A DNA stretch of 64,000 nt, from IMG/VR virus record IMGVR_UViG_3300046513_000221, positions 199,414 through 263,413 of that record. One strand, 5' to 3'. The notes under the pieces were generated by a model. The model ran no database searches. It had not been told where the DNA came from and saw only the letters and a list, made by a program, of their open reading frames with translations. Every line of letters begins with the position of its first letter. Within the stretch, counting starts at the first letter, position 1. The position numbers and the translations under genes were made by a program. This document shows, piece by piece, positions 7,811 through 16,166 of the stretch.

Positions 7811-9106
7811 ATGGCTAAGCTGCAAGCAACCACATTCCCGATGATCGGCTCCGGCACGATGCTGAGTAGCATCACGGGTCTGATCAAGAACCATATCCTT
7901 GCGCGGCTCCCCAAGAACTACATCAAGTACGTCTACATCAAGAACTCGATCGCCAGTGTGACCGAGCGCAACCGCGATGAAGAGATGAAGCTCATCAAGG
8001 AGAAGCCGTCGCTCTCCCTCGGCCTGAACTACGCCTATAACGAGCCTGTCTCGTTCGGCGACCAGATGCCTTGGGGTATGAGCCGCATTCCCGTCCGTGC
8101 CTATCAACGCACCTCGATCTACCGTCCGGTGCTGCTGAACGACATCGACAACATGTACATCTCCACCATCGACGAGCGCATCAAGTTGAACTTTGATGTC
8201 GGCATCCGTGTCGATTCGGAGACGCAAGCGTACAATCTCCTGATGTACATGAAATCGTACATCGGTGTCAACCGACCCTACTACCTTAACCGGGCGAACC
8301 TTGAGGTTCCGATGCCGATCAATGCTCTGAACCTGATCATCAAGAGCAAGGGCTTCGACATCTCGACTCCGCAGGGTCTGATGGATTTCCATGATTACCT
8401 GACGAAATGGTCCGGTGGTCAGATTACCTACAAGAAGAACCTCGGAAGTGGCAACATGAACTACTTCATGAAGTTCTCCTCCAACGTCCTCTGCAAGATC
8501 ACGGACATGCCGACGATCGACAAGACGATGGAGGGCAAATCGGTTCTGGACGCCATCGTCCGGTACAACATCGAGGTCGAGCTGGTCAACTTCACCAACT
8601 TCATCTCGGAGCACGAGGAGCTTCAGCCCCTGCCGGAGCCGCCGCTGCTGATCGGTGAGACCGGTAACACGATGGTCTACAACTTCACCGCCAAGATGCC
8701 GTTCACCCGGCAGCTGGACGACGGTAAGGTTCTGGCAGTCACGCTGGACTTCATCACCGACCTCAACTCCGCGATCGACATCACATCGTTCGACGATGCG
8801 CTGCGCCCGGACGTGCGATACTTCATCGAGCACCAGCTCGGCCTGATCCCGGATGAAGCTAACGCCATCTTGGATCACACAAAAATCCGGGTACTGCGAG
8901 ATCACGAGGATCTGATCGAGGATGATGACTTCACCGTGGACTGGTCGAAGAAGGAGGTATCGATCCTCCATCCTCGAACGAACTACGTGTACACCCTCGC
9001 CCTGTACCTCGACCTGACCCTGTACAACTCGGTCGTCCGCGAACGCGACAGGATCAACCGTGGCGGTGAGGACGGCAGCAATGTCGTCGAGATCCCCAAG
9101 GAGTAA
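7811..9106 (+). CDS. Virion structural protein (tail/neck-associated)
   Basis: 431 aa, late promoter, beta-rich composition. Confidence 0.55.
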   Translation: MAKLQATTFPMIGSGTMLSSITGLIKNHILARLPKNYIKYVYIKNSIASVTERNRDEEMKLIKEKPSLSLGLNYAYNEPVSFGDQMPWGMSRIPVRAYQRTSIYRPVLLNDIDNMYISTIDERIKLNFDVGIRVDSETQAYNLLMYMKSYIGVNRPYYLNRANLEVPMPINALNLIIKSKGFDISTPQGLMDFHDYLTKWSGGQITYKKNLGSGNMNYFMKFSSNVLCKITDMPTIDKTMEGKSVLDAIVRYNIEVELVNFTNFISEHEELQPLPEPPLLIGETGNTMVYNFTAKMPFTRQLDDGKVLAVTLDFITDLNSAIDITSFDDALRPDVRYFIEHQLGLIPDEANAILDHTKIRVLRDHEDLIEDDDFTVDWSKKEVSILHPRTNYVYTLALYLDLTLYNSVVRERDRINRGGEDGSNVVEIPKE

Positions 9107-9150
9107 AAAAAAAGATGAACGTAAGGATCCCATCGTGGGATCCTTACGTC
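9105..9150 (-). terminator. Bidirectional terminator with A9 tract
   Basis: ACGTAAGGATCCCA/TGGGATCCTTACGT hairpin. Confidence 0.75.
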
Positions 9151-9163
9151 TCTTTACTTCAAG

Positions 9164-9538
9164 TTACTTCTGCTTCTTCTTGGTAGCGAAGCGCATGATG
9201 TCGTGCATGTCGCACTTCACCAAGCTGAAGATCTGCTTGAAGGTCACTACCATAGGCAGCATGATCTTCATCACACGGATGTACGTGTTGGTGAACATGA
9301 AGAAGATCTCATCGTTGATCTCGATGATGATCTCCTTGTCGTCACGGGTGATGGTCACGTTCTCGTTATCTTTCGTGTGAGCGATGATCTGGTCCATACC
9401 TTCGATGGTTTCTTCAGCGGTCGGTACGTTCATCTTGCGGAACTTCTCGCTGAAGACCATGGCGATTTCCTGACCCAACTCTGCGTTAGCGATGGCATTG
9501 GTTTGTACGACGGTATCTACGCTGATGATGATTTTCAT
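9164..9538 (-). CDS. Hypothetical (probably early) protein
   Basis: GGAG RBS; early-type promoter at 9603-9640. Confidence 0.7.
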   Translation of the reverse strand: MKIIISVDTVVQTNAIANAELGQEIAMVFSEKFRKMNVPTAEETIEGMDQIIAHTKDNENVTITRDDKEIIIEINDEIFFMFTNTYIRVMKIMLPMVVTFKQIFSLVKCDMHDIMRFATKKKQK

Positions 9539-9602
9539 ATGGACTCCATTTAGTTAGTTTGATTTAAGGTACTTCGGTACTAGATATCCCTTCTAGACCA
9601 TC

Positions 9603-9683
9603 CTAATCATATCTCTTTGACTCTACAGTAGATTCGGTTTTTTGAAGGTTTGCCGGAAGGTGTCTATTCCAAACACTTTATTA
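9603..9683. promoter_or_regulatory. Back-to-back early-type (-) and late (+; AACA ctttat TA, 9672-9683) promoters
   Basis: Minus strand AAACCGAATC...GATATGATTAG; plus strand AACA-N6-TA. Confidence 0.55.
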
Positions 9684-9718
9684 GCGAAATACGAAGTTCC
9701 ACCAGAAAGAGGAATACT

Positions 9719-11638
9719 ATGTCTTTACCAATCAACTATCGCCGCGACCTCGCAGGGAAGGTGTACCAGCTCACGCAGTACTCCCCTCTGCAGCCGATCG
9801 CGGACAAGAACTACGACATCGTGAAGCTGAACGAGCGTCTGATCAAGATCAACCACGCCGTCCGTGTCTGCTTCGACGCGATCGCGGACTTGGCCACTCG
9901 CGACTCCTCGTTCCTTCCGTCGTTCTTCCAAGGCTTCGTGAACCCGGTGTATGTGAAGTCCCGCACCTATGAGGATCTCACGAACCACCTGTTCATCAAC
10001 GGCTTCAACAGCAACGGCACCCCGATGTCGTTCAGCGAGAGCCGCGTGGTGTACTCGTACGCCGATCTGGGTGATATCACGAACGAGGACTACGACTTCG
10101 TGCTGTACAAGAACGGTGAGATGATGCAGCGCGACGACTTCGACGTGAGCAACACCGCTTACGGCGTCAAAGCCTACGTGAAGCAGGACAAGCTGATCAA
10201 CAACGACAACGTGACGATGGCGGTTTACCGCATCTTCAACGCCAAGTACCAGATGTACAAGGACACGATCCAAGCCCCTCAGACGGGCTACAACGCGATC
10301 GTGGACGTCAACATCAGCTTCCCGAGTTTCTACAGCGTCGAGTACCTGCAAGTGGCCGTGCGCCACGTCAACCAGCCTCACTACGAGGTACTGGATCCGG
10401 CTACCTGCTCGATCACCTTCGACAGCGCCAACCGCAAGCTGCGCGTCTTCGTGCGTGGTGTCCAGCTGGCAAAGTTCGACACCGTGATCGTGTACGATAC
10501 CACCAGCTACTTCCGTACCCGCATCTTCGGCTCCAACCATGACGGCGCTCGTTCGTCAATCCATCCGGTCGCGCTGATCCAGAAGACCGATTCCGGCGAG
10601 AACGTCCCGGTGGCCTTCTCGAACTACCGCGACTTCGACATCTGGTTGAACGGTCGTCACCTGATCCCCGGTAAGCACTTCGTCGTGACTCCCGGTCATC
10701 AGCTGGGTCTGGACGACAAGATCAACTACATCGAATTCCTGATCCAGCAGCCGTCCGAGTCGTCGTACTGGGTCGAGATCATGAAGAACGTCCCTTACAA
10801 GGACAACAACACCACGTACCTGTCCAAGGACAAGCTGGATGTGCGCGGCGTTGAGTTCGTCAACACGAACCTGTTCCCGATCATGAAGAACATGGGCGAG
10901 TGCTTCATCAACGGTCGCTTCGTCAACCCGGCCAAGCTCTCGACCGTACACCGTCAGGTGCTGGTCGTGGACAACGTGGACGACACCACGGACTTCTTCT
11001 ACAAGTTCAACCCGCCGATCAACGACGCTACCAATGCGATGATCGAAGAGGCCGTTCTGGCTTCGACCGACTTCGACAAGTTCGTCAATCTGACGGGCGG
11101 TATCAACAACCTGATCTCGGTGACGAAGAACCAGCGCGATCCGTTCCCGGTCAAGGCTTATCCAGACGTGGTCGAGTCCTACAACGGCTTCGTGATTCCG
11201 ATCGTGACGAACTACCTGCGCTGGGCGCTGGCTGCGGTTCCGGACATCGGCAACTTCGTCCTCGACCAGAACGACGCCCTCGCCACAAGCCTGTGGGATC
11301 TGTCCTTCTGGGACCAGCAGTACGTCAAGGACGCAATCATCGATTGCAACCGTCTGCTCTCGCTGGACATCAACATCGACTGCAACTACGGCGACTTCCG
11401 TGGTGCGGACTCGCGTGCGGCCCTCATCAGCAAGCATGCTCCGATCATCTCCAACTTCGGAGCGTACGCTCTGGAGACGGCTGCGGATACCCTGTCCGAC
11501 TTCACCGTTGACAGCAACATCCCGGTCATTCCGGAGCTGTGGAACCTGACCGGCTGGAACGAGCCAAACATCCACGACGTCAACCTCGACGCTAACCTGC
11601 AACTGAACGACCCGGTAGAAATGTCGGGTAGCGTGTGA
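9719..11638 (+). CDS. Virion structural protein (tail/baseplate-associated) with duplicated C-terminal DxN module
   Basis: GAGG RBS before ATG 9719; late promoter; repeated NG beta-turn motifs. Confidence 0.6.
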   Translation: MSLPINYRRDLAGKVYQLTQYSPLQPIADKNYDIVKLNERLIKINHAVRVCFDAIADLATRDSSFLPSFFQGFVNPVYVKSRTYEDLTNHLFINGFNSNGTPMSFSESRVVYSYADLGDITNEDYDFVLYKNGEMMQRDDFDVSNTAYGVKAYVKQDKLINNDNVTMAVYRIFNAKYQMYKDTIQAPQTGYNAIVDVNISFPSFYSVEYLQVAVRHVNQPHYEVLDPATCSITFDSANRKLRVFVRGVQLAKFDTVIVYDTTSYFRTRIFGSNHDGARSSIHPVALIQKTDSGENVPVAFSNYRDFDIWLNGRHLIPGKHFVVTPGHQLGLDDKINYIEFLIQQPSESSYWVEIMKNVPYKDNNTTYLSKDKLDVRGVEFVNTNLFPIMKNMGECFINGRFVNPAKLSTVHRQVLVVDNVDDTTDFFYKFNPPINDATNAMIEEAVLASTDFDKFVNLTGGINNLISVTKNQRDPFPVKAYPDVVESYNGFVIPIVTNYLRWALAAVPDIGNFVLDQNDALATSLWDLSFWDQQYVKDAIIDCNRLLSLDINIDCNYGDFRGADSRAALISKHAPIISNFGAYALETAADTLSDFTVDSNIPVIPELWNLTGWNEPNIHDVNLDANLQLNDPVEMSGSV

Positions 11639-11639
11639 T

Positions 11640-12617
11640 ATGAAGAAAACACTTAAAGACACCTACGTCTACAAGGTGCTGGGCCTCGACAACACCGTCG
11701 CGGCTTGCGCCAAGATCAACGCCGAGTTGGACTCCCGCCGCGTCACCGGCGACCGACTCGATGCGATCCTGAACGACATCAAGTTCAAGATCAACTACCC
11801 GACCAAGATCCGCATCATGGACGAACTGAAGAACGGCACCATCGTCTTCGTCGATGAGCCGGAAGCCAATGCCCTCCCGGCATGGCTCTACGGCAGTGCG
11901 GGTGGTCAGGTGCGCGCCGTGGTCAACCTGTTCGGCAAGGTCCGCACCGGACGCGACGGCCAGATGCAGTTCAACGTGCGCGAGGTCTTCGCTCTGGCGC
12001 AGATCGGCTTCACCATCAAGGAGTTCTACCTGAAGGAGAAGGCGGTCACCCAAAACATGATGATGTCGAAGCTGGCAGTGGTCATCTACGAGCGCATGAT
12101 CTACCGCGTTCTGGACACTCTGTACTCGCTGGACATCGGCCCCGCGTGGCTGCGCACTCAGGTCAAGCTGGAGATCCGCTTCTTCGCAACGCAGTACCTG
12201 CTGGAGAAGCCGGACGACGACGCGATCTACAAGTTCGTGGCGATGGACCTCGCCAAGGCGCTGGGTACCTCCCCTGAGCAGCTGATCGCACAGGTCGCGT
12301 CCAGCAAGACCGAAGGCGATCCGGTCGATCCGGCAACCGGCATGTTCGTGAAGTACTCCAGCATCCCGAACCTGATCAAGCACCTGCAGAACGCCAATCC
12401 GATCCTGAAGGATCTGGATACGACGACCTTCCTGCGCAAGTACATCATGATGTATGGCGAGAAGGCTCTGCTGATGCTGGAGAGCTACTCGTACTTCTTG
12501 GCACTCATCATGAGCGTCACGCTGTCGGGTAACATCGTCAAGGACTTCGGTCTGGAGGCGGTGGTCGGTAAGGAGGGCGTGTCGATGTACAACACGTTCT
12601 TCGATCTGACTCGATAA
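11640..12617 (+). CDS. Conserved virion-associated protein
   Basis: 325 aa, co-transcribed with the upstream late gene. Confidence 0.55.
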   Translation: MKKTLKDTYVYKVLGLDNTVAACAKINAELDSRRVTGDRLDAILNDIKFKINYPTKIRIMDELKNGTIVFVDEPEANALPAWLYGSAGGQVRAVVNLFGKVRTGRDGQMQFNVREVFALAQIGFTIKEFYLKEKAVTQNMMMSKLAVVIYERMIYRVLDTLYSLDIGPAWLRTQVKLEIRFFATQYLLEKPDDDAIYKFVAMDLAKALGTSPEQLIAQVASSKTEGDPVDPATGMFVKYSSIPNLIKHLQNANPILKDLDTTTFLRKYIMMYGEKALLMLESYSYFLALIMSVTLSGNIVKDFGLEAVVGKEGVSMYNTFFDLTR

Positions 12618-12655
12618 AAGAAACCCCATACCCTTTGCGGGGTATGGGGATCTTC
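12616..12655. terminator. Bidirectional terminator
   Basis: CCCCATACCC/GGGTATGGGG hairpin. Confidence 0.75.
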
Positions 12656-12823
12656 TTACTTCTTCTCGGTGACGGCAGCGCCTTCGCCCTTTTTCACCTT
12701 CTCGGCGTCGGTGGCGTTTTTGCTCGCATCGGTCTCGCCCTTCTTGAACTTGTCGTCCTTCAAGGCATCTGGCAGCTTCCCTTCGGACAGCAGCTCTTCC
12801 ATCAACAGTTTAACAGACATCAT
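12656..12823 (-). CDS. Small late protein, probably internal head protein (LLSE motif)
   Basis: GAGGA RBS; own late promoter (minus AACA cgacgt TA, 12846-12857). Confidence 0.55.
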   Translation of the reverse strand: MMSVKLLMEELLSEGKLPDALKDDKFKKGETDASKNATDAEKVKKGEGAAVTEKK

Positions 12824-12863
12824 TTCCTCGCGGGGTGGTTTCAACTAACGTCGTGTTCTCACG

Positions 12864-12910
12864 AAAAAAAAAAGAAGGTGCCCGTACCCCTCGTGAGGGT
12901 ACGGAGCCTT
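12864..12910 (-). terminator. Terminator, hairpin + T9
   Basis: CCGTACCC/GGGTACGG hairpin with A9 on the plus strand. Confidence 0.7.
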
Positions 12911-12921
12911 ATTCAGTGGTG

Positions 12922-13251
12922 CTACACCGAGTGCATGCGATGTTCGTCTTCTTGGGCGCGTTTCTCAAGGTGTCTGGTGAACTTGTGCGCGGTGCGGATC
13001 TCGATCTTCTGGAAGAACGGAGTCTTACGCAGCTTGCGGTTCAGTAGTACGGAGAGGATCAAGGCGATCAGCATCAGAGGGATGCCGATGCACGCGGATA
13101 TCGTTGCCCACATGATAACCGCGAAGAGGCTGTTGGCGATGTTGAACGAGTTGATCGACGTAATCAGCCTCGGGAAAACCGACACCATTATGGATGGTAC
13201 ACCGAAAGCGCCAATGATGGCGATCACCACAGAAATGATAATACCTTGCAT
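12922..13251 (-). CDS. Membrane protein (2 TM)
   Basis: Hydrophobic helices; AGGAG RBS; early promoter at 13316-13353. Confidence 0.7.
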   Translation of the reverse strand: MQGIIISVVIAIIGAFGVPSIMVSVFPRLITSINSFNIANSLFAVIMWATISACIGIPLMLIALILSVLLNRKLRKTPFFQKIEIRTAHKFTRHLEKRAQEDEHRMHSV

Positions 13252-13315
13252 TTGAAGCTCCTATCGATAGTTTGAATGAAGACTAAATGAGGGACGATTC
13301 CCTCTTCAGTTCACA

Positions 13316-13370
13316 AGAATCATATATCCTTGAGCAGGATTCAGATTCGATTTTCGCCAACACTCACATA
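13316..13370. promoter_or_regulatory. Back-to-back early (-) and late (+; AACA ctcaca TA, 13359-13370) promoters
   Basis: Minus AAATCGAATC...GGATATATGATT; plus AACA-N6-TA. Confidence 0.6.
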
Positions 13371-13391
13371 GTCAAACACACAGGAGTGCGC

Positions 13392-13922
13392 ATGAAGCAA
13401 CTCGTAACCAAAGCGGCCCTCTGGCTGCAGCGGATGATCATCAAATCCAAGATGCGGATCAACCAGAGCCTCTCTATCTCGGACTTCCTCGTGGCGATCT
13501 CGGACCACCGGCTCGCCAAGGCCATGACCGAGCGGAACGAGCTTATCATTGTCGAGGTACCCCGTAACGTGGTATTTCGTGGGGTAAACAACATAGTTTT
13601 CGAGGATAACGTCCGGATCCATTCGGAGGCCAACATGGTCGTCACCGCCTTCGAAAAGATCAGCATTAATCCACCAGAGCTGAGGGGTGACACCTTCTTC
13701 ACTCAGGAGCAGCTGGGCGATTACTTCAAGGAACTGACTGCCAAGGTGAAGGCTCTTGAGCACGCTCTGGCCAACCAGCCTAAGCACCAGTGCTGCGCTC
13801 CTCCCAAGGCTCCGGCCCTTCCGATCCCGGCAGTGAAACCTTTCAAGCCGAAGCACAAGCAGAAGGTGAAATCGCGGTATTCCCACTCAGCAGAGTACCC
13901 AAAACAACGTCAAGGAGCTTAA
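13392..13922 (+). CDS. Hypothetical late protein with short beta-helix-like segment, upstream of PAAR
   Basis: AGGAG RBS; alternating-hydrophobic segment VEVPRNVVF..NIVF..NVRIHS..NMVV..KISINP. Confidence 0.55.
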   Translation: MKQLVTKAALWLQRMIIKSKMRINQSLSISDFLVAISDHRLAKAMTERNELIIVEVPRNVVFRGVNNIVFEDNVRIHSEANMVVTAFEKISINPPELRGDTFFTQEQLGDYFKELTAKVKALEHALANQPKHQCCAPPKAPALPIPAVKPFKPKHKQKVKSRYSHSAEYPKQRQGA

Positions 13923-14195
13923 ATGTCAGCAGCAGCAGTAAGACTTGGCGACAAGTGCAGCGGCCACGGCCCGTTCTCCCCTCGCCCATCGACCGAGGGA
14001 AGTCCCAAGACGATAGTCAACAACAAGCCGGTGGTCCGCGTTGGTGATGCTTGGGCCAACCACCCACACCCCGGAAAGCAAGCCTCCGGATCCCCGACTG
14101 TCTTCGCTGAAGGAAAGGCGATAGCCCGTGTTGGCGATAACATCGACTGCGGCTCCAAGTCCTCCAACGGAAGCCCGGACGTATTCATAGGATAG
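13923..14195 (+). CDS. PAAR-domain baseplate spike tip (T4 gp5.4-like)
   Basis: AVRLGD..GH, PVVRVGD, AIARVGD..CG, GSPDVF repeats. Confidence 0.92.
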   Translation: MSAAAVRLGDKCSGHGPFSPRPSTEGSPKTIVNNKPVVRVGDAWANHPHPGKQASGSPTVFAEGKAIARVGDNIDCGSKSSNGSPDVFIG

Positions 14196-14198
14196 ACC

Positions 14199-14399
14199 AT
14201 GTACAAAAACGAAGAGGGACACGTAGTCCAGTGGACAAAGTTCAGCGAATCCAAGCCCGAAGAGGGACAACACATCCTCTTCCGGGAGGAGCGCGAACGC
14301 TGCGAGATGTACCCCGATGGCTGGGCCAAAGGGACTGGTCACTACTACGCTGAAGACGCCTCCGATTGGAATGGCGAGTGGATGGAGTGGCCTCGGTAA
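14199..14399 (+). CDS. Small Trp-rich hypothetical protein (DUF551-like)
   Basis: WTKFSESKP...WMEWP. Confidence 0.5.
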   Translation: MYKNEEGHVVQWTKFSESKPEEGQHILFREERERCEMYPDGWAKGTGHYYAEDASDWNGEWMEWPR

Positions 14400-14440
14400 A
14401 AAAAAAGATCCATAGCCCCGCAAAGGGCTATGGATTCTTC
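14398..14440. terminator. Bidirectional terminator with long A tract
   Basis: ATCCATAGCCC/GGGCTATGGAT hairpin. Confidence 0.75.
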
Positions 14441-14442
14441 AT

Positions 14443-14790
14443 TTACTTCGCGTTGCGACGAGCGGAAATGCACATGATGCTGCGGACATCGAACTCAGCG
14501 CCGTGCTTCCAGTGACGGAACTCGGCTGGAACGTCCTCCATGATCTCGTAGACACGCTTGATGTCGTTGTTCACCATGTAGTAGCGCACCAGAGCAATCA
14601 CCTTTGGCGTGCCGGACAGACGACTGTACATGATCTCCATGTCATTGTGACGCGCCTCGGTCTGGTAGGTGTGGTAATCGCTGGTGAAGTCTGCCCACTC
14701 CTCGCTGCTCACCACCTTGAAGCCGCCGTGCATCAGCGTCTTCTTCGATTGCTCTTCAAAATTTACCGGGCTGGTTGGATCGATGTTCAT
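14443..14790 (-). CDS. Hypothetical protein
   Basis: AGGAG RBS. Confidence 0.7.
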   Translation of the reverse strand: MNIDPTSPVNFEEQSKKTLMHGGFKVVSSEEWADFTSDYHTYQTEARHNDMEIMYSRLSGTPKVIALVRYYMVNNDIKRVYEIMEDVPAEFRHWKHGAEFDVRSIMCISARRNAK

Positions 14791-14799
14791 TGTAACTCC

Positions 14800-16050
14800 T
14801 TATGCAAGCATGAGACGCAGCTTCTTACGCTGGTCGATATCGAGGAACTTGTTTGCTTCAGTCAGATTGGCTATCATCTTGGCACGATAGTCATCTGCGT
14901 TCTTCCCCGCTCGAACTTTATTCTTTGGAACCAGACCATACAACTCGTACAGCTCGTCCTCATCGTCCGAGTAGACGAAACTGAACGCAACGGTAAGGTG
15001 CTGCAGGAAGTTCAGGTGATCCAGATTGGCACCGGACTCGGTCAGGAGTTGAACGACGATGTCGAGATTCTTGCGAGCGTCCGACTTCAGTTCAGTCTTC
15101 ATTCCCGAGAAGAATGCTCTGAAGTGGTCTGGACCCGGATCATTCATCGAATTAGATCCGAAGGAGAAGTATGCTGGCAGCACCCCAGCCTCCGCGATCG
15201 CATAGACGCCGTAGGTCTTTACGACCGACGTCATCATGTATTTGCGAGTATGGCGGCTCTTGACACTCGAAACGTTCTTCAGAGTGAAAGACTCCAATGG
15301 GATCTCGCGGACGTACATACTGAGGTAAGTCTCCAGCATCTGGACAGCTACCGCGTGCGAATGCTTGCCGTCCTTATTGAAGTCATTGCAATCCTTGAAG
15401 AAAGTCTCGGCGTCCATGTCAAGACGCTTTGGACCCTCGATGATTGGATCCATCAAAAGCTGCGGTGCAACTATGTCGATCACATCGTCCTGAAAGCCGC
15501 TCTCCCGGAGGAACGCATTCTCCTCGACCATCATCTTCTTGGTGAAGCTGTTGGGGAAAGAATCTCCGTATCCGGGTCTCGTGGCACTGCCGACGATGAC
15601 CATGTCCTTCCAATCTACAATGAGTTTGTCCAGCCGGATGTATCCTTCGGCATCCTCAAATACCACATGTTTGAGAAACTTGAAGGAGCTCATGACGCTG
15701 CTCGTGTCGCACAGCCTGTTACCCTTCATGTCCGGGATCAAGATCTCCTCGAAGATGTGCTCGATCACCATGCTGTTTGTCAGCGCCTTCTCGTAGACTT
15801 TCGATGAAAGCTTCGCGAACAGAGCCTGCACCGGATCGATAGGGGTGTAGTACCGCTTGTGATCGGAGGTCGGAGGGAACTTGGCCTCCATGACGAGACG
15901 AATGATGTCGTGTTCCACCAGCGTCTCCACCGAAAAGGAGCGCACCGCGCTCTCCAGCACAGCCAGTCGCTTCCAACCGCTGTCGCCAAACAGCTCGACA
16001 CACGCAGCGACTTCTTCAGGCTTGCATGGAAGTTTTTTGCGAGGCTTCAA
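14800..16050 (-). CDS. Hypothetical protein (true start may be ATG 16112 via a frameshift)
   Basis: 416 aa ORF; TTG start without clear RBS. Confidence 0.65.
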   Translation of the reverse strand: MKPRKKLPCKPEEVAACVELFGDSGWKRLAVLESAVRSFSVETLVEHDIIRLVMEAKFPPTSDHKRYYTPIDPVQALFAKLSSKVYEKALTNSMVIEHIFEEILIPDMKGNRLCDTSSVMSSFKFLKHVVFEDAEGYIRLDKLIVDWKDMVIVGSATRPGYGDSFPNSFTKKMMVEENAFLRESGFQDDVIDIVAPQLLMDPIIEGPKRLDMDAETFFKDCNDFNKDGKHSHAVAVQMLETYLSMYVREIPLESFTLKNVSSVKSRHTRKYMMTSVVKTYGVYAIAEAGVLPAYFSFGSNSMNDPGPDHFRAFFSGMKTELKSDARKNLDIVVQLLTESGANLDHLNFLQHLTVAFSFVYSDDEDELYELYGLVPKNKVRAGKNADDYRAKMIANLTEANKFLDIDQRKKLRLMLA

Positions 16051-16166
16051 GGCGAGGACAGTCAGGTTCTTACTGATTTCTTTTCATCTTCAATGAATTT
16101 TGCGGTATTCATAGTCCGTTCAATCAAAAATAACCCATAGACCTTTTGGCCTATGGGTTGGTTACA

